DNA from: Lysobacteraceae bacterium
GTDB taxonomy: Bacteria > Pseudomonadota > Gammaproteobacteria > Xanthomonadales > Xanthomonadaceae
Reading direction: 5' to 3'
Length of the DNA stretch: 64,000 nucleotides
NCBI GenBank assembly: GCA_003241895.1
Contig: QBLY01000004.1
Location: 102,210-166,209 of the forward strand
The translations under genes and the position numbers were made by a program. This document shows, one piece after another, positions 1 to 7,312 of the stretch (positions are counted from its first letter, which is position 1; each line of letters starts with the position of its first letter). The notes below the pieces were generated by a model. It was not told where the DNA came from, ran no database searches, and saw nothing but the letters and a program-made list of their open reading frames with translations.

Positions 1-1
1 C

Positions 2-322
2 GGTGACCTGTCGTTCGGCTGCACCGGTCTCGCAGGCCTGCGCAACGGGCTGCAGATCTTCCCCGGCGGCATGCCGGTGTATCGCGGCAGCGTGCTGGTG
101 GGCGCCATCGGCGTGTCGGGCGACGGCGTGGACCAGGACGACATGGTCGCGTTCCTGGGCGTGGCCAATGCCGGCACTGCGCTTGGCGGCAGCATCGGCC
201 ACGCCCCGTCGGCGCGGCGCGCCGACACCCTGGTGCCGCAGGGCGCGCGCCTGCGCTACGTGCAGTGTCCGCAGGCGCCGTTCATCGACTCCGCCGAACA
301 GAACGTGTGCGCGGGGCTCTGA
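2..322 (+). CDS. GlcG/HbpS-family heme-binding protein, C-terminal part (5'-partial, runs off the window)
   Basis: Frame open from base 2: ...NGLQIFPGGMPVYRGSVLVGAIGVSGDGVDQDD..., matching the GG.P...G.IGVSG signature of GlcG/HbpS; stop TGA at 320-322, 4 nt before the next ATG. Confidence 0.75.
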   Translation, partial: GDLSFGCTGLAGLRNGLQIFPGGMPVYRGSVLVGAIGVSGDGVDQDDMVAFLGVANAGTALGGSIGHAPSARRADTLVPQGARLRYVQCPQAPFIDSAEQNVCAGL

Positions 323-326
323 GGCC

Positions 327-2162
327 ATGACCCGCGCCCACCGCCACGCCCTGACGCCACGCCGCCGCGCAGGGGCCTGGCTGCTGCTCGCGGTGCTGCC
401 GCTGGCGACCATGGCGCAGGACCAGCCGGCGCAGGAGCCGGCGCAGGAGCCGGCGCAGGAGCCGGCGCAGGACCAGGACGCCGAGGGCGTGGTGCGGCAG
501 CGCCCGCAGGGCCGCCCGCTGGACTACCCGCTGCCGGACATCGACCCGGCGCGCGTGTCGCCGCCGCAAGCCGCCGTGCGCCGCGAGACCCTGCCGGTGC
601 CGGACCGCTGGCGCATCATGGAAAGCCTGGGCGCCGAACGCCGGTGGTGGGACCCGTACAACCCCAACGTGCTCAAGGGCGACCTGCCATTCGAGCCGTT
701 CAAGCGCTGGGGCAACGACTGGTTCCTGGTGCTCACGGGCGTGTCGGACACGCTGGTCGAAGCACGCCGGCTGCCGACGCCGGTCGGTGCACAGTCCAGC
801 GAACGTCCCGGTTCGCTCGACGTCTTCGGGCAGGGCCGGCAGTCCACTTTCAACCAGAACCTGATCGTCGCCGCGGCCGTGATCAAGGGCAACACCACCT
901 TCAAGCCACCCGACTACGAGTTCCGCGTGGCCCTGGCGATCAACTACAACCGAAGCCAAGCCCAGGAAGTGCGGGTGCTGCGGCTGGACCCCGGCGACGG
1001 GCGCGTTCGCATCGACCAGCACGTCGGGCTGCAGGAATTGTTCTACGACAAGCACCTGCGCAATGTCTCGGACCGCTACGATTTCGACAGCCTGCGCGTG
1101 GGCGTGCAGCCGTTCATATCGGATTTCCGCGGCTTCGTGCTGCAGGACAACGCCTTCGGGGTGCGGGTGTTCGGCACCCGCGACAACAATCGCTGGCAGT
1201 ACAACGTGGCGTGGCTGCGGCGCATGGAGAAGGACACCAACAGCGGGCTCAACGACGCCGGGGTGTCGCTGCGCCGCGACGACACGCTGGCCTTCAACCT
1301 CTACCGGCAGGACTTCCCGGTGCTGGGCCACACCACCCAGCTCACCGTGATGCACAACGACAACCGCGAGGGTGGCCGGGTGCTGCGCAACAGCAACGGC
1401 TTCCAGGAGCGCCCCGCCATCCTCGGCGACGCGCGCGGACACGATTACCGCGTCACCTACCTGGGGCTGAGCGGCGATGGCCACTTCGGGCGCTGGAACC
1501 TCAGCTCTTCGCTTTACGCCGCGCTGGGCCGCGACGAGCGCCACCCGCTGGCGCAGCGCGAGAACCGCATCGAGGCCTACTTCGGTGCCGCCGAACTGTC
1601 CCGCGACTTCGACTGGCTGCGCGTGCGCGCCACGGCCATCGCCGCCAGCGGCGATGAGAACCCGTTCGACGGCCGCGCCACCGGTTTCGACGCCATCATG
1701 GAGAATCCGCAGATCGCCGGCGCCGACACCAGCTTCTGGATCCGCCAGGCGGTGCCCCTGGTGGGCGGTGGCGGCGTGGCGCTGTCGGGCCGCAATGGCC
1801 TGCTGCCCAGCCTGCGCTCGTCCAAGGAGCTGGGCCAGTCGAACTTCGTCAATCCCGGGCTGACCCTGTTCGGAATGGGTGCGGACGTGGACGTGTCGCC
1901 ACAGGTGCGCGTGGTCGGCAACCTGGCCAAGCTTGATTTCGTCAACACGTCTTCCCTGTCGGTGCTGCGCGGCCAGGGCGCGATCAGCCGCGATATCGGC
2001 GTGGACCTGTCCGCCGGCGTGCAGTACCGGCCGCATATGAACCAGAACCTGGTGTTCAACGCCTCCGCCGCCGCGCTGTTCCCGGGCAAGGGCTTCCGCC
2101 AACTGTATGCCGAACGCGGCACCCAATACTCACTGCTGCTCAACCTGGTGCTGACCTACTGA
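327..2162 (+). CDS. Outer-membrane beta-barrel protein (alginate-export/porin-like), about 611 aa
   Basis: ATG at 327 inside ORF 3..2162; signal-peptide-like N-terminus (WLLLAVLPLATMA-QD); many alternating amphipathic strands; C-terminus YSLLLNLVLTY ends in an aromatic residue as in BAM substrates. Confidence 0.75.
   Translation: MTRAHRHALTPRRRAGAWLLLAVLPLATMAQDQPAQEPAQEPAQEPAQDQDAEGVVRQRPQGRPLDYPLPDIDPARVSPPQAAVRRETLPVPDRWRIMESLGAERRWWDPYNPNVLKGDLPFEPFKRWGNDWFLVLTGVSDTLVEARRLPTPVGAQSSERPGSLDVFGQGRQSTFNQNLIVAAAVIKGNTTFKPPDYEFRVALAINYNRSQAQEVRVLRLDPGDGRVRIDQHVGLQELFYDKHLRNVSDRYDFDSLRVGVQPFISDFRGFVLQDNAFGVRVFGTRDNNRWQYNVAWLRRMEKDTNSGLNDAGVSLRRDDTLAFNLYRQDFPVLGHTTQLTVMHNDNREGGRVLRNSNGFQERPAILGDARGHDYRVTYLGLSGDGHFGRWNLSSSLYAALGRDERHPLAQRENRIEAYFGAAELSRDFDWLRVRATAIAASGDENPFDGRATGFDAIMENPQIAGADTSFWIRQAVPLVGGGGVALSGRNGLLPSLRSSKELGQSNFVNPGLTLFGMGADVDVSPQVRVVGNLAKLDFVNTSSLSVLRGQGAISRDIGVDLSAGVQYRPHMNQNLVFNASAAALFPGKGFRQLYAERGTQYSLLLNLVLTY
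425..472 (+). repeat. In-frame 12-bp tandem repeat (GCCGGCGCAGGA)x4 encoding a PAQE linker
   Basis: Four exact copies read directly, just after the predicted signal peptide. Confidence 0.95.
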
Positions 2163-5100
2163 TGGCCATTCCAAGCCGACGCCTGCTGAGCCTGATCATG
2201 GTCGGGTGCCTGATGGCGGGCGGCCTGGCCGCGGTGATCGCCGCCGACAAATCGGTGCCGGTGGCCCGGCAGTACGTGATGCATGCGCCGGCGCCGGTGG
2301 CGCAGACGCGCATCGAGGCCAGCGCCAAGTCGGATGGCTGCCAAAGCTGCCACGCCACGCCCGACCACGCGACCATGCACCAGAACCCGGCCGTCATCCT
2401 GGGCTGCACCGACTGCCACGGCGGCAATCCGCAGGTGGCGCAGCCGGCCGGCAGCGTGTATCGGGGCGATGGCCACGCCGCTTACGTCGTGGCCATGGAG
2501 AAGGCGCACGTGCTGCCGCGCTACCCGGCGGACTGGCACGCACCGTCGTCGGCCAATCCCGCGCGCAGCTACACCCTGCTCAATCGCGAAGCGCCGGAGT
2601 TCGTGCGCTTCGTGAACCCCGGCGACCTGCGCGTAGCGCGCTTTTCCTGCGGCGCCTGCCACCTGCCGATCATCCAGGCCAGCGAACGCAGCCTGATGGC
2701 CACCAGCGCGATGTTCTGGGGCGGCGCCGCATACAACAACGGCATCCTTCCCTACAAACGCTACCTGCTGGGCGAGTCCTACACCGCCGACGGCCAGCCG
2801 GCCCTGCTCAAGGCGCCGGTGCCGGTGGACGAACACATGGTGGCCAAGGGCCTGCTGCCGCAGCTGCTGCCCCTGCCGGCCTGGGAAACGGTGCCGCCGG
2901 CGGATGTATTCCGGGTCTTCGAACGCGGCGGACGCGTGATACCGACGCAGTTCCCGGAAGTGGGTTTGCCCAACGTCACCGGGCAGATCCAGCGCCTGGA
3001 CGAACCCGGCCGCCCGGACATCCGCCAGTCCAACCGCGGCCCCGGCACCGGCAGCCGCATCGCGGTGCCGCTGATCAACATCACCAAGACGCGGCTCAAC
3101 GATCCGCACCTGTGGTTCCTGGGCACCAACGAGCAGCCCGGCGACTATCGCTCCTCGGGCTGCACCGCCTGCCATACGCCCTATGCCAACGACCGCGACC
3201 CGCGGCACTCCGGGCCGTACGCCTCGGCCGGGCACCAGGGCCAGAGCCAGAGCGCCGACCCGACCATCCCGCGCGGGGAATCCGGGCATCCGATCAAGCA
3301 TGCGTTCACCCGCGCGATTCCCTCGTCGCAGTGCATGACCTGCCACATGCACCAGCCCAACATCTTCGTCAACAGCTACTTCGGCTACACCATGTGGGAC
3401 TACGAGTCCGACGCCGAGGCGATGTGGCCCAAGCAGCAGCGCTACCCGACCGATTCGGAGATGCGCGAGATATTGGACCGCAACCCCGAGGGGGCCGCGG
3501 TGCGCGGCAACTGGAGCGACCCGGCATTCCTGCGCCAGGTGTCGGAGCTCAATCCCCAGCTCAAGGACACCCAGTTCGCCGACTACCACGGCCACGGCTG
3601 GAACTTCCGCGCGGTGTTCAAGCGCGCACGCGACGGCACCCTGCTCGACAAGGACGGCCTGGAAGTCGCCGACACCGACCCGGAGCGCTTCAAGAAAGCC
3701 GTGCACCTGAGCTCGTCGCACCTGGACGCGGGCATGCACTGCGTGGACTGCCACTTCGGCCAGGACACGCACGGCAACGGCCACATCTACGGCGAAGTGG
3801 CCGCCGCCATCGAGATCGGCTGCAAGGACTGCCACGGCACCACGCGCGAGTACCCCAGCCTGTTCACGTCCGGCCCCGCCGCCGGCCCCCAGGGCACCGA
3901 CCTGAAGCTGCTGCGCACGCCCGATGGCGGCCGCCGCTTCGAATGGCGCGAGGGCCAGCTGTTCCAGCGCTCGGCGGTAACGCCCGGGCTGGAGTGGGAG
4001 ATGAGCCTGGTCAAGGACGCGGTGACGCCAGGCAACGCCCACTACAACGCGAAGGCGGCGCGCGCCAAGACCATGAGCTCGGGCGCCGCCGGACGCATCG
4101 ACGGCGCCTGGGGTGCCGCGGTGGCCCCGTCCGACTACGCCCACGGCGACGACGAGATGACCTGCCACTCCTGCCACACCTCGTGGACCACCAGCTGCTC
4201 GGGCTGCCACCTGCCGATCGAGGCCAACTGGAAGACCGAGCGCCTGCACTACGAGGGCGGCGAGACGCGCAACTACGCCACCTACAACCCGCAGGTGGTG
4301 CGCGACGACGTGTTCTCCTTGGGCCGTACCGGCACCATCTCGGGCAGTAAGATCACACCGGTGCGCTCGAGTTCGGCCCTGGTGCTTTCGTCCACCAACG
4401 CCAACCGTGAACGCATCTACGTGCAGCAGGCGCCGGTCTCCGCCAGCGGATTCTCCAGCCAGGCCTTCGCGCCGCACTACCCGCACACCGAACGCAAGAC
4501 CGAAACCAAGACCTGCACTGACTGCCACGTCTCGGAAGCCAACGACAACAACGCCATCCTGGCGCAGCTGATGCTGCAGGGAACCAACTTCGTCAACTTC
4601 ATCGGCCTGCATGCCTGGGTGGGCGAAGAAGAAGGCATCAGCGCAGTGCAGGTAACCGAGTGGGATGAACCGCAGGCGGTGATCGGCAGCTACCTGCAGC
4701 GTTACGCCTACCCGGATTGGCATGCCGCGCACTTGGCGCGCGGCCGCGAGCTGGCGGTGGCCACCGGCCACGCCACGAACGGCCAGGCGCGCTGCGTCGC
4801 GGTGCGCGGCGAGTATCTGTTCGTGGCCGAGGGCAAGGGCGGCATGCGCGTCTACGACGTGGCCTCGGTGGCCAACAAGGGCGTGTCCCAGCGCATCGTC
4901 AGCGCGCCGTTCTCGCCGCTGGGCCAGGACACGCACGTGCCCAGCCGCGATGCCACCTGCGTGGCCCTGCCCACCAACCAGCCCATCGCCCCGCTGCGCA
5001 ACCAGGGCGAGCTGATGCGCGTGACAAACCAGGAACAGCCCTTCCACCCGATCTACCACTACGCCTTCGTGGTGGATGCGCGCGAGGGCCTGATCCTGGT

Positions 5101-5956
5101 GGACGTGGACACGCTGGCCGACGGCGAACCGCGCAACAATTTCCTGAAGCGCGCGCTCACCTGGGACGGCGACGGCGTGCTGGCCGGCGCGCGCCACGTC
5201 ACTGTCGGCGGCCACTTCCTCTACATCGCCGCCGATGCCGGCCTGGTGGTGGTGGACGTGGACACGCCGCTGTCGCCGCGGGTCGCCGCCGTGCTGCCGA
5301 TGCGCGACGTGCGCGCCACGGCGCTGCAGTTCCGCTACCTGTTCGTGACCAGTGGCGCAGGACTGCAGGTGGTGGACGTGACCCACCCGGCCACGCCCCG
5401 GCGGGTGCCGGGCGCGAACGTGGCGCTGGACGACGCGCACGGCATCTACGTGGCGCGTACCTACGCCTATGTCGCTGCGGGCCGGCAGGGCCTGGCCATC
5501 ATCAACGTCGAGCGGCCGGAGCAGCCGCGCCTGCTGACGCTGTTCACTGCAGGCGGCAAGCTCGATGACGCCCGCGACGTGGTGGTGGGCTCCACCAACG
5601 CCTCGCTGTTCGCCTACGTTGCCGATGGTCGCAACGGCCTGAAGGTGGTGCAGCTCACCGCGCCCGACACCCAGCCCAAGTTCTATGGCTTCTCGCCCGA
5701 GCCGCGGCCGCAGCTGGTGGCCTGGCGCGGCACCGACTCGCCGGCGCTTTCGCTGGCCAAGGGCCTGGACCGCGACCGCGCAGTGGACGAAACCGGCGGC
5801 CAGATCGCGGTGTTCGGCCGCATTGGTTCGCGGCCGCTCAATGCCGATGAAGTGAAGAAGTTCTTCCTCAATCCTGACGGCAGCCCGTGGACCGTCCTCG
5901 ATTGGGACCCGGGCACGCCACGCTCGCCCGCCAACGCCGCCGGGAGCCCGCCATGA
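2162..5956 (+). CDS. Decaheme c-type cytochrome fused to C-terminal LVIVD repeats, 1264 aa
   Basis: 10 CxxCH motifs counted (CQSCH, CTDCH, CGACH, CTACH, CMTCH, CVDCH, CKDCH, CHSCH, CSGCH, CTDCH); N-terminal signal peptide; repeats LILVDVDT, LVVVDVDT, LQVVDVTH, LAIINVER, LKVVQLT; TGATG overlap with the upstream gene. Confidence 0.9.
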   Translation: MAIPSRRLLSLIMVGCLMAGGLAAVIAADKSVPVARQYVMHAPAPVAQTRIEASAKSDGCQSCHATPDHATMHQNPAVILGCTDCHGGNPQVAQPAGSVYRGDGHAAYVVAMEKAHVLPRYPADWHAPSSANPARSYTLLNREAPEFVRFVNPGDLRVARFSCGACHLPIIQASERSLMATSAMFWGGAAYNNGILPYKRYLLGESYTADGQPALLKAPVPVDEHMVAKGLLPQLLPLPAWETVPPADVFRVFERGGRVIPTQFPEVGLPNVTGQIQRLDEPGRPDIRQSNRGPGTGSRIAVPLINITKTRLNDPHLWFLGTNEQPGDYRSSGCTACHTPYANDRDPRHSGPYASAGHQGQSQSADPTIPRGESGHPIKHAFTRAIPSSQCMTCHMHQPNIFVNSYFGYTMWDYESDAEAMWPKQQRYPTDSEMREILDRNPEGAAVRGNWSDPAFLRQVSELNPQLKDTQFADYHGHGWNFRAVFKRARDGTLLDKDGLEVADTDPERFKKAVHLSSSHLDAGMHCVDCHFGQDTHGNGHIYGEVAAAIEIGCKDCHGTTREYPSLFTSGPAAGPQGTDLKLLRTPDGGRRFEWREGQLFQRSAVTPGLEWEMSLVKDAVTPGNAHYNAKAARAKTMSSGAAGRIDGAWGAAVAPSDYAHGDDEMTCHSCHTSWTTSCSGCHLPIEANWKTERLHYEGGETRNYATYNPQVVRDDVFSLGRTGTISGSKITPVRSSSALVLSSTNANRERIYVQQAPVSASGFSSQAFAPHYPHTERKTETKTCTDCHVSEANDNNAILAQLMLQGTNFVNFIGLHAWVGEEEGISAVQVTEWDEPQAVIGSYLQRYAYPDWHAAHLARGRELAVATGHATNGQARCVAVRGEYLFVAEGKGGMRVYDVASVANKGVSQRIVSAPFSPLGQDTHVPSRDATCVALPTNQPIAPLRNQGELMRVTNQEQPFHPIYHYAFVVDAREGLILVDVDTLADGEPRNNFLKRALTWDGDGVLAGARHVTVGGHFLYIAADAGLVVVDVDTPLSPRVAAVLPMRDVRATALQFRYLFVTSGAGLQVVDVTHPATPRRVPGANVALDDAHGIYVARTYAYVAAGRQGLAIINVERPEQPRLLTLFTAGGKLDDARDVVVGSTNASLFAYVADGRNGLKVVQLTAPDTQPKFYGFSPEPRPQLVAWRGTDSPALSLAKGLDRDRAVDETGGQIAVFGRIGSRPLNADEVKKFFLNPDGSPWTVLDWDPGTPRSPANAAGSPP

Positions 5957-7284
5957 ACCGCCTCTTGCGCCGACTTTCCCCGGCCCTGCTGCTGTGCGCA
6001 AGCCAAGCCTGGGCGCAGGCGGCGGCGCCGCTGCCCTACCAGTCCACTGACCAGTCGCTGGGCACGGTGAACTGCGCCAACAGCCTGTGCCACGGCTCGA
6101 TCACGCCCTGGCATGAATCACCGGTGCTGCGCAACGAGTACGTCACCTGGTCGCGGCTGGACAAACATGCGCGGGCCTACCGCGTGCTGCACAACGAGCG
6201 CTCGCGCACCATCGTCCGCAATCTCGGGCTGCCCACGCCGGCGCACGAAACCAAGCTGTGCCTGGACTGCCACGCGCACAACGTCCCCGAGGCGCAGCGT
6301 GGCGAACGCTTCAACCTGTCCGACGGCGTCACCTGCGAGGCCTGCCACGGCCCGGCGGAGCGATGGATCCAGTCACATGTCGAACCCGGCGCCAGCCATG
6401 CCGGCAATCTCGACCGGGGCCTGTACCCGACCAGCGATGCCGACAGCCGCGCCAAGCTGTGCCTGTCGTGCCACTGGGGCAACCAGGACAAGTTGGTGAA
6501 CCACCGGCTGATGGGCGCAGGCCATCCGCGCATGAGCTTCGAGCTGGAAACCTTCACCGCCATCGCACCGGCCCACTTCCGCGTGGACGCCGACTACCTG
6601 GCCCGCAAGCCCGCCGTGGACGGGGTGAAGGTATGGGCCATCGGCCAGGCGCTGGCGGTGCAGGAAATGATGGACCTGCTGGTGGACCCCAAGCGTGGCC
6701 GCGACGGCCTGTTCCCCGAGCTGGTGCTGTTCGACTGCCACGCCTGCCACCACCCGATGTCGCAGGCGAAGTGGCAGCCGCGTGGGCAGTTCGGTGCACA
6801 TGCGGGGCCCGGCACGGTCCGGCTGAACGACTCGGGCATGCTGATGCTGCGGGCGGTGGCCCGCGAAGTGGATCCGGCGCTGGGCCTGCGCGTGGGCCGG
6901 CAGGTGTCGCGCCTGCACCTGGCCGTCGCCGGCCAGGGCGACGCCATCGCCGAAGCGCGGGCGCTCAAGCGCCTGGCGGCCGAAGTGGCGCTGCGCATCG
7001 ACACCCACGCGTTCTCCGCCGCATCGCCCGGCCACATCGCGCTGGCGCTGGTGGACGAAGGACTGGCGGGCGGCTACGCCGACTACGCCGGCGCCGAACA
7101 GGCGGCGATGGCGATCGGCAGCGTCGTGGACCACATGCACAAGCGCGGCCTGGCCGCCCCGGCCGGCGCGCTCAACGCCGCATTGGAACGCCTCAACGCC
7201 GCGCTGGCGGACGACGAGGCATACCGTCCGGCCCAATTCCAGCAGCGCCTGCGCGAGATGCGCGCGCTGCTGGTCGCGAAATGA
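5953..7284 (+). CDS. Multiheme c-type cytochrome (c554/c552-like N-domain plus helical C-domain), 443 aa
   Basis: ATGA overlap at 5953-5956; signal peptide (…ASQAWA-Q); CLDCH, CEACH, CLSCH, CHACH plus atypical CANSLCH. Confidence 0.85.
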   Translation: MNRLLRRLSPALLLCASQAWAQAAAPLPYQSTDQSLGTVNCANSLCHGSITPWHESPVLRNEYVTWSRLDKHARAYRVLHNERSRTIVRNLGLPTPAHETKLCLDCHAHNVPEAQRGERFNLSDGVTCEACHGPAERWIQSHVEPGASHAGNLDRGLYPTSDADSRAKLCLSCHWGNQDKLVNHRLMGAGHPRMSFELETFTAIAPAHFRVDADYLARKPAVDGVKVWAIGQALAVQEMMDLLVDPKRGRDGLFPELVLFDCHACHHPMSQAKWQPRGQFGAHAGPGTVRLNDSGMLMLRAVAREVDPALGLRVGRQVSRLHLAVAGQGDAIAEARALKRLAAEVALRIDTHAFSAASPGHIALALVDEGLAGGYADYAGAEQAAMAIGSVVDHMHKRGLAAPAGALNAALERLNAALADDEAYRPAQFQQRLREMRALLVAK

Positions 7285-7312
7285 CCCTGCAGATGCCCTG
7301 GAGAAAACCAGC

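Noticed and set aside
425-472. Tandem repeats as a possible CRISPR array (also 34233-34268 and 43441-43540)
   Set aside because: No unique spacers of regular length, units too short or too few, and no cas genes.
2162-2200. SRRLL as a Tat signal on the decaheme protein
   Set aside because: It lacks the F-L-K part of the consensus, and c-type cytochromes are normally Sec-exported; treated as an ordinary signal peptide.
2156-6001. Very long antisense/shadow ORFs (e.g. 2156..6001 -, 9610..13326 +, 47397..49874 +, 60681..62894 -)
   Set aside because: Expected in about 70% GC DNA with strong GC3 bias. They mirror real genes on the opposite strand and show no motifs.
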